In this document: positions 25,630 through 34,825 of the stretch, piece after piece | Layout of the letters: each line of letters opens with the position of its first letter | How positions within the stretch are numbered: position 1 is the stretch's first letter | Assembly (NCBI GenBank): GCA_023137185.1 | Contig: JAGLPS010000019.1 | Location: 309 to 64,308, forward strand | Origin: Minisyncoccota bacterium | GTDB lineage: Bacteria; Patescibacteriota; Minisyncoccia; Phycocordibacterales; JAGLPS01 | Reading direction: 5' to 3' | Length of the DNA stretch: 64,000 nucleotides | The notes under the pieces: model-generated | Databases searched by the model: none | What the model saw: the letters and a program-made list of their open reading frames with translations, nothing else | Told to the model about the DNA's origin: nothing | Program-made: the position numbers and the translations under genes

Positions 25630-26541
25630 ATGTCCAATTTCTATATATTATGTTCTATGCAAAAACTTTTAGTAATTCTTGGTCCTACGGCTTCTGGAAA
25701 AAGCGAGCTCGCGGTAAAACTTGCCAAAAAATTCAATGGTGAGATTATTTCCGCCGACTCTCGGCAAGTATACAAAGGATTAGATATTGGAACAGGAAAA
25801 ATAACAAAAAAAGAAATGCGGGGGGTCCCGCACTATCTTCTTAACGTTGCGTCTCCTAAAAACACATTTACCGTCGCGCAGTATAAAAAGCAGGCGGAAA
25901 AAGCCATAAACAAAATTATTAAAAAGGGAAAATTGCCAATTCTATGCGGTGGAACGGGATTTTATATTCAGGCCGTCGTGGATGATATTTCCATTCCTGA
26001 AGTAAAACCAAACAGCGCGCTTAGGAAAAAGTTTGAGAAAAAAAGTATAAAGGAGCTCGCTACAATTCTCAAAAAACTTGACTCCAAACGGCATAAAACA
26101 ATAGATATTAAAAATCCAAGACGCCTTATTCGCGCGATTGAAATAGCAAAAGCGCTCGGGAAAGTCCCCTCTTTAAAGAAAAAAAAGAAATTTGATGCAT
26201 TGCAGATTGGAATAAAAACAGAGGATAAAATTCTTAAACAGAAAATAAACAAACGAATTAAGCAGTGGTTAAAACAAGGGCTGATACAAGAAGTAAAAAA
26301 ACTTCACAATCCGCCCACCCGCCTCATCGGCGGGCGGGCGGGCGAAGGGTTATCTTGGAAACGACTGGAATCTCTCGGTTTAGAATACAAATATGTCGCC
26401 CTTTATCTCCAAGGAAAACTTTCCAAAGACGAAATGCTAAAAAAACTTGAGACTGAAACATGGCGTTACGCAAAACGCCAAAAAACATGGTTCAAGAAAG
26501 ACAAGAGAATTGAGTGGGTTGAATCGAAAGAAAAATCTTAA
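25630..26541 (+). CDS. miaA: tRNA dimethylallyltransferase
   Basis: P-loop ILGPTASGKSELAVKLAKKF..ISADSRQVYKGLDIGTGK. The start may be the ATG at 25657. Confidence 0.85.
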   Translation: MSNFYILCSMQKLLVILGPTASGKSELAVKLAKKFNGEIISADSRQVYKGLDIGTGKITKKEMRGVPHYLLNVASPKNTFTVAQYKKQAEKAINKIIKKGKLPILCGGTGFYIQAVVDDISIPEVKPNSALRKKFEKKSIKELATILKKLDSKRHKTIDIKNPRRLIRAIEIAKALGKVPSLKKKKKFDALQIGIKTEDKILKQKINKRIKQWLKQGLIQEVKKLHNPPTRLIGGRAGEGLSWKRLESLGLEYKYVALYLQGKLSKDEMLKKLETETWRYAKRQKTWFKKDKRIEWVESKEKS

Positions 26542-26586
26542 TTATCAGTTGCTCGGAAAGCCCCCGGCTTTCCTTGCGAATAATTG

Positions 26587-26657
26587 CGGGAGTGGCAGGA
26601 ATCGAACCTGCAGTCACGGTTTTGGAGACCGTTGGTTTACCATTAACCGACACTCCC
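26587..26657 (-). tRNA. tRNA-Trp (anticodon CCA)
   Basis: Reverse complement is GGGAGUG-UC-GGUUAAUGGUAAACC-A-ACGGU-CUCCAAA-ACCGU-GACU-GCAGG-UUCGAUU-CCUGC-CACUCCC-G. Confidence 0.8.
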
Positions 26658-26660
26658 AGA

Positions 26661-26737
26661 TTAGTTTTGTCTCCCTACGAGAGACGCCCCGAAAGAGCAG
26701 AGACCGCCGTTATACCACTTAACTAAGCTCCCATAAG
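26661..26737 (-). pseudogene. tRNA-like 5' fragment (acceptor GGGAGCU, D-arm GUUAAGUGGUAUAAC, anticodon-stem-like) lacking a T-arm, directly abutting tRNA-Trp
   Basis: The reverse complement begins GGGAGCUUAGUUAAGUGGUAUAACGGCGGUCUC and has no GTTCGA/T-loop. It could be a truncated tRNA or a leader structure. Confidence 0.25.
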
Positions 26738-26771
26738 TAACTTTGAATAGAGTATCGCAAAAATTGGCTTC

Positions 26772-27647
26772 TTACAACGCGGGAATCGCGGAATGTTTTC
26801 CTACCTTATCTCTAAATTTTTTCATTAACTCCAACGTTACTTGCCCTGGCTTTCCACCTCCGGCAATTTTCCCGCCAACATTAACAATAGGAACAATCTC
26901 TTTGTTAGTAGCTGTTATAAACACTTCGTCAGCCGTATAGAGATCTTTCAAAGTTACATCCCTTCTAGTAACCGCGTATTTTCCTTTTGCCAAAGAAATA
27001 ACAAAATTTCTGGTTGTTCCAATCAAAATATTTTTTTCGGGAGTAATCAACCTTCCTTTTTTAACAATAAAAATGTTACTGGTGCTTGCTTCAAACACTT
27101 TCCCGCGCAAGGTATAGAGAATTTCAACCGCTTTTTCTTTAAGACGCTTTTGCTGCAAGCTCACGGCAGTAATATAGTTTAATGTTTTTGCTTCAGGAAA
27201 AATTCTTTGAAATTCCTCCACCATCAGTTTTCCACCCTTTTCATAAAGAGGTTTTGGAAAGGAAGTGAATTTTTCAATGATGATATAAAATGTCGGCTGT
27301 TTCTTATTAAAAAATATCCCTTCTATTGCTTCTCCCCCTGTAAGTATAAGACGCACCTGGTCATTGGGCATATTGTTCTTTTTGAGAAGCGTTATAATAA
27401 TTTCTTTTACTTTTTTGGGAGGTACGGAAAATTTCAATCCGAGAAGTTTCGCGGAATTAATAAACCTTCGTATATGCATATCAAAAAGAAACGGTTTCCC
27501 ATTGTATGCTCGCATCACATCAAAAATTCCAAAGCCGCGAATAATGCCGATATCGTTTATTGAAACCTTCGCGTCCTTTTCAGGAAGAATTCTTCCATTC
27601 AGATAGCAATACTTTTTAGCGCTTCGTGAAGCCATAATAAGTTTCAA
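26772..27647 (-). CDS. Class IV (D-amino-acid/branched-chain) aminotransferase, PLP fold type IV
   Basis: YLNGRILPEKDAKVSINDIGIIRGFGIFDVMRAYNGKPFLFDMHIRRF is typical of the IlvE/Dat/PabC family. Confidence 0.75.
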   Translation of the reverse strand: MKLIMASRSAKKYCYLNGRILPEKDAKVSINDIGIIRGFGIFDVMRAYNGKPFLFDMHIRRFINSAKLLGLKFSVPPKKVKEIIITLLKKNNMPNDQVRLILTGGEAIEGIFFNKKQPTFYIIIEKFTSFPKPLYEKGGKLMVEEFQRIFPEAKTLNYITAVSLQQKRLKEKAVEILYTLRGKVFEASTSNIFIVKKGRLITPEKNILIGTTRNFVISLAKGKYAVTRRDVTLKDLYTADEVFITATNKEIVPIVNVGGKIAGGGKPGQVTLELMKKFRDKVGKHSAIPAL

Positions 27648-27714
27648 TTATATGGGATTTCAGAAAAAAGAGAAAGGGCGACCAGATTTTGGCCGCCCTT
27701 TAAAACAGAAGCAA

Positions 27715-28680
27715 TCAGAGCCTGGCAAGTTTCCCATCATAATCTCTACAATGAGAAAAATCGACTTTGCCCCAGAAATCAAGAGGGATTGGAATTTTTC
27801 CTTTACCAGAGACATCAATGATGTATTCGGGAACAGCAATTCCCGAAAGTCTGCGCCGAATTTCGCTCACAATCATTCTCTCTTTCTCAAAGGAGCAAAC
27901 ATACCTCTCTATGCCCTTCACATAATCACACCGATACAGGTAGTAAGGTATAACGCCCATATGATAGAGCTCATTGAGAAGATGTCCCATAACCTCAACA
28001 TCATCATTAATGCCTTTGAGAAAGACTGTTTGAGAAAAAACAGCGGTGCAATTCTTCCGTATTCGTCTTATTACATCCCGCACATCCTTCGTCAATTCGT
28101 CAAAATGGCTTATATTGATAAGCACATAGAGTGGTTTTTTCAACGATATCCGGCAAGTCATTCTAAGAAGATTTTTAAGAGGCGTTGTTTCAAAACTTTT
28201 AGGCGAATGAATCGGCAAACGAGTACCTATTCGGATTACTTTTACACTTTTTATTTTTGCAAGCTCAGGCAAAAGTCCAAGTGTAATGTGCGGTGTGTAT
28301 AATGGATCTCCACCACTCAAGATTATATCGTTTATTTCCGGGTGATCGCGAATGTAAGACAAAGCGGTTTCTATTTCTTCAGGACTCAAATCACCTGAAG
28401 TGTCCCCTATTTGCCTTGCGCGCGTACAAAACTGACAGTGCGCGGCGCAGCGGTAAGAAACTTTGAAAAGCGCGCGATTGCGAAACTTGTGCGTAATTCC
28501 CTTAACGGGAGAGTATTGAGATTCCTCTCCCAAAGGGTCGAGATTTGCGAAAGCATATTCCACAACCTTTTCCGTATTCTCTACAGTAGGGTTCTTTCCA
28601 ACAGAATGAAACTGCAACGAGAGAGCTTTACTTCCTTCGTCTATAAGACGTTTGAGATGAGGAGTAATCTTTTCTTTCAT
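27715..28680 (-). CDS. KamA-family radical SAM protein (lysine 2,3-aminomutase / EpmB-like)
   Basis: CAAHCQFCTRARQIGD (a CxxxCxxC cluster) and ILSGGDPL are KamA family signatures. Confidence 0.75.
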   Translation of the reverse strand: MKEKITPHLKRLIDEGSKALSLQFHSVGKNPTVENTEKVVEYAFANLDPLGEESQYSPVKGITHKFRNRALFKVSYRCAAHCQFCTRARQIGDTSGDLSPEEIETALSYIRDHPEINDIILSGGDPLYTPHITLGLLPELAKIKSVKVIRIGTRLPIHSPKSFETTPLKNLLRMTCRISLKKPLYVLINISHFDELTKDVRDVIRRIRKNCTAVFSQTVFLKGINDDVEVMGHLLNELYHMGVIPYYLYRCDYVKGIERYVCSFEKERMIVSEIRRRLSGIAVPEYIIDVSGKGKIPIPLDFWGKVDFSHCRDYDGKLARL

Positions 28681-28859
28681 TAGGGGCTCCTTTCCAATTT
28701 TTTTCTTAATTTTAGGCTCTATTCAAATGTAAAGAACATATTAAAAGAGAAAAGCAATAGAGCCTTCTCTCACACTAAAAATACAATATCACAAGTTACA
28801 TTAAAAAAAATTATTGAATAACCTTGCGTGAAAATGTGTACTGAGAGAAACTTGAATTT

Positions 28860-28906
28860 TCAAAGAAACAAAAAGGGCTCTATTGTTTGCACAACAGAGC
28901 CCTTTA
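28860..28906 (-). terminator. Hairpin (GGGCTCTATTG-TTTGCA-CAACAGAGCCC) flanked by an A-run and a T-run; probable bidirectional terminator
   Basis: Lies just downstream of the MYG1-like gene on the minus strand. Confidence 0.45.
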
Positions 28907-28915
28907 GAAAAAAAA

Positions 28916-29986
28916 TTATTTTTTTCCTTTATGATAAGAATTAAACCGTATTCCACGACAGCGCGAGAGACCCCACGAATACCATGGGCACGGCTTTTTC
29001 TTCGAAGAACTACACGACCCTTTACTGCATACAGAAGCGCGTTTCGGCTCAAATACCGATGAGTTAAGGCCAATTTTTACTATCTCTTTTATTTTCTCAA
29101 GCGATAGCTGAGTTAGTGGCGCATCCGACGCCGTTTTTGAACCGTTCAGAAGAACTTGAAGCTTTTCGTGGAAATACCATTCTTCGGCTCCAGAAATTTT
29201 TCCCTCCGAAACAAGATAACTCCATGGAACTGGATCGTGAATATTCTTAACCGCCCTCTCCTCAACACGAAGAATACGGGCAACGTCCTCGAGCCTGATG
29301 CCCATTCTCTGGTTTGTAAAGATTTGGGTATGTCCCGACGGCTGTTTTTGGATAACCACAGAAATATTACCTCCTGCGCGACTCCGTGCGAATTTGCTTA
29401 TAATAGGATCGCCGGAGACAACCGTGGCAAGTTTAAGTTTTCCGCAAGCGCTATGGATTTCTTCAACTAGCGCGTTTTTAAGAAATTCCGTTTTTGTTTT
29501 TGTCCAGAATTGTCGTTGCTCTTCATACTTTGCCGTAATGCCTTGCATAACCCAATTTATTACTTCTCCGTTTGCGTTTGGTTTTTGTTCGTATAGAAGC
29601 GTCGCCAAGTGCGCGATGTCAAAAGGATGCCCTGAACCCTCAAGGTCATTGCTTTTCGCAAAGGCAATGATTTTGTTCAATGACGGACAATCATCTACTT
29701 CAAGCTCTTTCGCAACCAGAGTTGATGAACATTCATTTTTTTTGCGTTTCTTTTTCTCTGTCGGGTGTTCGTCAAATCTGCCGCCGCCGCAACCTATACA
29801 AAGAATTCCTTCTTGTTCGCGCTTTGCGGAAGAGCGATTTCCCATTTCTTTCCTCCAGAAATTAATTTTCGCATCCTGTATTTCCGGGAAAGTTTCTTCA
29901 CCAAAACGGAGCAGAAGCCAGATAGCAACAATTTCGTCAAGGTGCGGACGTTCGTGCGTGATAATTGTGTGAATTTTTTGGGCCAT
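28916..29986 (-). CDS. MYG1/UPF0160-family metal-dependent hydrolase-like protein with a Cys-rich C-terminal tail
   Basis: ITHERPHLDEIVAIWLL and IGCGGGRFDEH match the MYG1 pattern (TH..FHCDE, GG.YD..HH). Confidence 0.5.
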   Translation of the reverse strand: MAQKIHTIITHERPHLDEIVAIWLLLRFGEETFPEIQDAKINFWRKEMGNRSSAKREQEGILCIGCGGGRFDEHPTEKKKRKKNECSSTLVAKELEVDDCPSLNKIIAFAKSNDLEGSGHPFDIAHLATLLYEQKPNANGEVINWVMQGITAKYEEQRQFWTKTKTEFLKNALVEEIHSACGKLKLATVVSGDPIISKFARSRAGGNISVVIQKQPSGHTQIFTNQRMGIRLEDVARILRVEERAVKNIHDPVPWSYLVSEGKISGAEEWYFHEKLQVLLNGSKTASDAPLTQLSLEKIKEIVKIGLNSSVFEPKRASVCSKGSCSSSKKKPCPWYSWGLSRCRGIRFNSYHKGKK

Positions 29987-30197
29987 TACAGCCTCCTTTC
30001 GTTGGGAGCTAAGCGCTCCTAGGTTTACGTAAATTCACGTTTCAATTTTTTCTAAAGAAATTATACTACAAAAATAGTTTTAAGTCAACAAAATAAACCT
30101 CGGAACTGGAAACCTCCTTTACTTTTTTCTTTTTTGCATTTACATTATATGAGTATCTCTCTTCGCGAAGGCGAAGAGAGATAGAAAAAAAATATAT

Positions 30198-30280
30198 GCG
30201 CAGGTGGCGGAGTGGTCAATCGCGCCTGACTGTAAATCAGGTGGCTTATGCCTACGGGGGTTCAAATCCCTCCCTGCGCA
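30198..30280 (+). tRNA. tRNA-Tyr (anticodon GUA), long variable arm
   Basis: GCGCAGG-UG-GCGGAGUGGUCAAUCGC, anticodon arm CCUGA-CUGUAAA-UCAGG, variable arm GUGGCUUAUGCCUAC, T-arm GGGGG-UUCAAAU-CCCUC, acceptor CCUGCGC-A. Confidence 0.8.
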
Positions 30281-30818
30281 CAAAATCAAATTTCAGCAGG
30301 TTCTCCTGCTGAAATTTGTATTTCTAGTAGCACACGCAGTGTGCGATGGGATTTGAAAGATTTTGCGGGGCTACCCATTCAGCAGAATGGGTCGCAAAAT
30401 CAGGGCTGAGAAATTTTTTACTGCGGCGGCAGTAAAAAATGTTCTTGGCCAAATCCCTCCCTGCGCACAGATTGAGCAAAGCGAGAGCTGTGGCTGGGAG
30501 GCGCAGCTTTTTTTCTGAAGAAAGCGTTGCGCGGATTTGAAAACCTTTTGAGGTTTTTTGGAGTCAAAGACGAACAAAAAATCCAAAAGGTGTACAGAAA
30601 CTGTAAGTTTCAAATCCCTCCCTGCGCACAAAATCAAATTTCAGCAGGTTCTCCTGCTGAAATTTGTATTTCTAGTAGCACACGCAGTGTGCGATGGGAT
30701 TTGAAAGATTTTGCGGGGTTACCCATTCAGCAGAATGGGTCGCAAAATCAGGGCTGAGAAATTTTTTACTGCGGCAGCAGTAAAAAATGTTCTCGGCCAA
30801 GTCCCTCAGCGCGCACAA
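30281..30818 (+). mobile_element. Three tandem tRNA-3'-end-linked elements. Module A (30281..30472), module B (30473..30630) and module A' (30631..30818) each end in a duplicate of the tRNA-Tyr 3' end (AAATCCCTCCCTGCGCA; degenerate in the third).
   Basis: Module A and A' are about 97% identical over about 190 bp and are built from four near-perfect hairpins. Module B matches the elements at the Leu-CAA and Leu-UAG loci and ends CCAAAAGGTGTACAGAAACTGTAAGTTTC. Confidence 0.55.
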
Positions 30819-31011
30819 AAATTATACAAAAATATTTCTTCAAAATTTCGCCTGACATCGCGGTTATCTGAAGTTGCCGAAGGCAATTTTGGGATTTTTC
30901 GCAGGAAAATCTCAGATAATCGCTGTTAGGCGTCCCGAGCGGAATGAAATGGAGCGAGTGCCTGCAAGGCGTGGTCGGAGTAAAATCTTTGATTTTACGG
31001 AGAAGTTGAAT

Positions 31012-31434
31012 TTATGGGCTCTGAATATTTTCTTTTATGAAGAGTTTTATTTTCGATTTTATTTGAGAAATTATCTTTTTGTAACCTTTGTCATCTATTC
31101 CTTTAGGATCTTTAATGTCCCAAAATTCTGCTTTGTTGCTTTTAAATAAATATTCAGGAATTGTTTCAAATTCAGCCATGACTATTATTTTATCGAACTC
31201 TATAACCATTTCTGGAGTTAATTGAGTTCTGGCATTTTCTGCTATACCAATTCCTTCTTCTTCCATAAATCTAATAACCGGTTCTGCCAAGGGAATTTCT
31301 TTGAGTTTTTGTCCTTCTTTTTCAAAAATCTTAGTTCCTACAGAAAATGCTTTTATTCCTGAATATTTATTGAACAAAGCAGCAGCCATTTGGCTTCTTC
31401 CAACATTTCCTCTACAAACAAAAAGTATTTTCAT
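31012..31434 (-). CDS. Low-molecular-weight phosphotyrosine phosphatase / ArsC-superfamily protein
   Basis: N-terminal P-loop MKILFVCRGNVGRSQMA (CX5R). Confidence 0.65.
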   Translation of the reverse strand: MKILFVCRGNVGRSQMAAALFNKYSGIKAFSVGTKIFEKEGQKLKEIPLAEPVIRFMEEEGIGIAENARTQLTPEMVIEFDKIIVMAEFETIPEYLFKSNKAEFWDIKDPKGIDDKGYKKIISQIKSKIKLFIKENIQSP

Positions 31435-31519
31435 AAAAAAGATATTATTTTAAAACTTTATAAATATTGCCCTAAATTCAATTTCGCCTAACTGATTTTT
31501 ATCTAAACTTTCTGTTCAT

Positions 31520-31562
31520 ATTACACTACATTTAGAAGCTGAGCTTCCAAATGTAGTGTAAT
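31520..31562. repeat. 43-bp palindrome ATTACACTACATTTAGAAGC-TGA-GCTTCCAAATGTAGTGTAAT, in the TTGGAAGC/GCTTCCAA family
   Basis: Seen in the sequence, with one mismatch in a 20-bp stem. Confidence 0.7.
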
Positions 31563-31703
31563 ATGAATTTTATCTACTTATATCTACTTGAAGGCTCAAC
31601 ATCCAAACAAGCCTCAAACCTCCAATGTTTAAAGTGCATTCAAAAAATTTTGTAAATTCTCGGCGATCTTGACGCTTTTATCAGACGCGATATTATTAAA
31701 TGT

Positions 31704-31961
31704 ATGAAAGAAGAACAAATCTCCAACAATGAGCTTGCGGCGATGGTAAAGCGCGGTTTCGACGAGACCGCGACCAAAGCTGACCTTGCGGACGTTAAAA
31801 CCGACCTTATGAGCGTTAAAACCGACCTTGTAGGTGTTGAAAAACGCCTCACTCAACGTATAGAAATTCTTGAACACCGCGTGCTTAACAAACATTCCAC
31901 CCGCATTGATATTCTTGAAGACAATATGCGGCAGGTTAAAACAAAATTGGGCATAGCGTAA
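31704..31961 (+). CDS. Small coiled-coil protein, paralogous to 60380..60607 (shared C-terminal MRQVKTKLGIA / MRKVKTEIGIE)
   Basis: ORF track, a heptad-like pattern, and a paralog elsewhere in the window. Confidence 0.45.
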   Translation: MKEEQISNNELAAMVKRGFDETATKADLADVKTDLMSVKTDLVGVEKRLTQRIEILEHRVLNKHSTRIDILEDNMRQVKTKLGIA

Positions 31962-31994
31962 TATTGAAACTATCCAAACAGAAAAAACCTCAAT

Positions 31995-34694
31995 TCATCG
32001 GGTTTTTTTAATGGCAGTTTCAGCAACGAGATTTTCAGTAATTAAACTCCCCCTTCTTCCTTTTTTCACATCAAAAATAAATTCTCCGTTTTTTACGTCA
32101 ACGGAAACAGTGCCCCCTTTTACTATACCTTTGGAAATGATAAGCGAAGCGACTTGATTGAGAATTTTTGTTTGAATAAGTCTTTTAAGGGGCCGCGCGC
32201 CATATTGCGGATTGTGTCCCTCCTTAGCAAGATATTCCATCGCCTGCAAACTCACATTAAGGGTAATTTCTTTTTGATTGAGACGTTCTTGCACAAGTTT
32301 AATCTGAATTTCAACAACTTTCTTGGTAGCTTCCCTGCTCAAGATATCAAATACCACAATGTCATCTAGACGGTTTAAGAACTCGGGACGAAAATGATCT
32401 TTTAGAGCGTCCATTACTTTGCTCTTCACTTCTGTGTATGTTTCTCCTTCGCTCTTTCCCCCAAATCCGATTTTTTCCATTTTGTCTATATATCGCGCGC
32501 CGATATTCGAGGTAAGAATAATAACAGTATTTTTGAAATTCGCCGTGCGTCCTTTTGCGTCGGTAAGTTGTCCGTTATCAAGCACTTGAAGCAAAATATT
32601 AAATACTTCGGGGTGCGCTTTTTCAATCTCGTCAAAAAGAACCACAGAGTATGGTCGGTGGCGAATTTTTTCGGTCAAGCCACCTCCTTCATCGTGTCCA
32701 ACATAACCTGGAGGCGAACCGATAATTTTTGAAACTGAGTGTTTTTCCATAAATTCAGACATATCAATGCGAATAAGCGCCTTTTCATCATCAAAGAGAA
32801 ATTCGGCAAGCGCTTTCGTAAGCTCTGTTTTTCCAACGCCAGTCGGACCTAAAAACAAGAACGAACCAATCGGCCGCTGCGGATCGGAAACTCCCGCTCG
32901 TGAACGTTTGATTGTCTCTGAAATTTTAGTTACCGCTTCATTCTGTCCCACTACGCGTTTCTCTATTTCTTCCTCCATACGAACAAGTTTCTGGGCTTCG
33001 CTTTCAAGCATCCGAGACATCGGAATTCCAGTCCATCGTGAGACGATATCAGCAATGTCTCCTTCCGTCACTTCTTCTCTGAGAATTCTGCGGGAGCTTT
33101 GGAGCCTTTTTAGCCGTTTTGTTTTTGTCTCCAAATCTTTTTCAAGTAATGGGATTTTTCCATAGCGAATTTCAGCCGCTTTTCCAAGGTCAGTACGAAT
33201 TTCGGCGTTTTCAGCCTCGACTCGCGCTTCATCAAGTTCTTTTTTTATCCGCTTAATATCGGTTACCATTTCTTTTTCATTTTTCCACTTGAGCTCAAGT
33301 TCTGACGTCTTTTCCTTAAGGTCAGCAATTTCTTTTTCAATCTGTTTGACCCGCGCTTTTGTCTTGGTATTTCCTTTTTCTTTTGCTGCTTCTGTTTTTA
33401 GCGCTTCTCGTTCAATCTCAAGTTTGGTCACTTTCGAGCGGGTTTCCGCAAGCGCTGGCGGCATATTTTCAAGAGAAATTTTCAAAAATGAAGACGCCTC
33501 ATCAATAAGATCAACCGCTTTATCTGGCAAAAACCTATCAGTAATATAGCGAGCGCTTAAGGTAACAGCCGATTGAATCGCTTCATCTGTAATATGAACT
33601 CCGTGATAAAGCTCATAGCGTTCTTTAAGCCCGCGCAAGATTGCCGTAGTGTCATCAAGAGAGGGTTCAGAAACGTGAACTGGTTGAAAACGGCGAGTAA
33701 GAGCTGGATCTTTTTCAATATGTTTTTGATATTCTTTCAGTGTTGTCGCGCCGATAGCTCGTAATTCCCCGCGCGCAAGCGGAGGTTTGAGCATATTGGA
33801 GGCATCTATTGAACCTTCCGCAGCACCTGCGCCAACAATTGTATGAATTTCATCTATAAACAAAATAACTTTCCCTTCGGAACGTTCAATCTCCTTAATA
33901 ATATTTTTCAGGCGTTCTTCAAACTCTCCTCTATATTTCGTTCCAGCAACTAAAAGTCCGAGATCAAGAGATACAAGTTCTTTCCCGCGAAGTGATTCTG
34001 GCACATCGCCGCTCGCCATTTTAATGGCAAGACCTTCAACAATCGCCGTCTTCCCGACCCCAGCTTCACCAATAAGAATTGGGTTGTTCTTTGTACGTCG
34101 GGACAAAATCTGAACAATGCGGGAAATTTCGTTGTCCCGTCCGATTACCGGATCAAGTTTATTCTCCGCCGCAAGCACAGTAAGACTTCGTGTATAGCGA
34201 GCAAGCGACTTAAATCGTTTTGGCTGTTGAATATCTGTGACGTTGCCTTTCTTCAGCTCTTCAACAATTTTAAGCACTTCCTGTTTATCAATCTTAAAAC
34301 GCAAAAGAAGTTCTTTTGTTGCTCCAGGAATTTCCAAAATAGCAATAAAAAGATGCTCGGTAGAAACAAAATCATCATTAAGACTCGCCGCGACTTTAAC
34401 GCCCCCTTCAAGCACATGTGCAAGATCGGGAGTAAGGTAAATCTGGTATGACGAAGAAAGCACACCATGACTTTCAGTGCCTTCAATCGCTTCAAGTAAC
34501 GAGTCCGTAAGAAGCACATAATCTATTTCGAGCCTGTCTAAGATTGAAGCGACCATACTTTCTTCCTGCAAAATAAGCGCGGTGAGAAGATGAAGTGGAT
34601 TAACATGGTTTTGACTTCGTTCAATGGCAAGTTCATGGGCTTTGCGAATAGCCTCTTTTGCTTTGGTTGTAAATTGATTAAATGGTGGTGGCAT
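31995..34694 (-). CDS. clpB: Chaperone ClpB (Clp_N, NBD1, long coiled-coil M-domain, NBD2)
   Basis: [15 protein letters not shown] (NBD1), a coiled-coil M-domain of about 120 aa, [18 protein letters not shown] and the sensor-2 GARPLKR (NBD2). Confidence 0.9.
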   Translation of the reverse strand: MPPPFNQFTTKAKEAIRKAHELAIERSQNHVNPLHLLTALILQEESMVASILDRLEIDYVLLTDSLLEAIEGTESHGVLSSSYQIYLTPDLAHVLEGGVKVAASLNDDFVSTEHLFIAILEIPGATKELLLRFKIDKQEVLKIVEELKKGNVTDIQQPKRFKSLARYTRSLTVLAAENKLDPVIGRDNEISRIVQILSRRTKNNPILIGEAGVGKTAIVEGLAIKMASGDVPESLRGKELVSLDLGLLVAGTKYRGEFEERLKNIIKEIERSEGKVILFIDEIHTIVGAGAAEGSIDASNMLKPPLARGELRAIGATTLKEYQKHIEKDPALTRRFQPVHVSEPSLDDTTAILRGLKERYELYHGVHITDEAIQSAVTLSARYITDRFLPDKAVDLIDEASSFLKISLENMPPALAETRSKVTKLEIEREALKTEAAKEKGNTKTKARVKQIEKEIADLKEKTSELELKWKNEKEMVTDIKRIKKELDEARVEAENAEIRTDLGKAAEIRYGKIPLLEKDLETKTKRLKRLQSSRRILREEVTEGDIADIVSRWTGIPMSRMLESEAQKLVRMEEEIEKRVVGQNEAVTKISETIKRSRAGVSDPQRPIGSFLFLGPTGVGKTELTKALAEFLFDDEKALIRIDMSEFMEKHSVSKIIGSPPGYVGHDEGGGLTEKIRHRPYSVVLFDEIEKAHPEVFNILLQVLDNGQLTDAKGRTANFKNTVIILTSNIGARYIDKMEKIGFGGKSEGETYTEVKSKVMDALKDHFRPEFLNRLDDIVVFDILSREATKKVVEIQIKLVQERLNQKEITLNVSLQAMEYLAKEGHNPQYGARPLKRLIQTKILNQVASLIISKGIVKGGTVSVDVKNGEFIFDVKKGRRGSLITENLVAETAIKKTR

Positions 34695-34746
34695 AGATAA
34701 GATAATAAATACAATAAATTAATGAAGTTTGTCAACCCCGTAGTGA

Positions 34747-34810
34747 ATTTTGGCATAGCACTTTGAGTGCGCCCCGCGGCAATCTGATTGCCGCGGGGCA
34801 ATGCCAAAAT
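34747..34810. promoter_or_regulatory. Nested palindromes upstream of clpB: ATTTTGGCAT [AGCACTttgAGTGC] [CCCCGCGGCAAT-ctg-ATTGCCGCGGGG] ATGCCAAAAT. A CIRCE-half-like GCACT/AGTGC lies inside.
   Basis: Seen in the sequence, 50-115 nt upstream of the clpB start. A candidate heat-shock operator or attenuator. Confidence 0.3.
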
Positions 34811-34825
34811 CTACTACAGGGTCAA

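Noticed and set aside
30371-30929. ORFs 30371..30637 (-), 30527..30757 (+) and 30711..30929 (+) in the tRNA-Tyr-linked modules
   Set aside because: They lie inside highly palindromic repeated DNA. Identical module copies would give near-identical ORFs. No coding signal.
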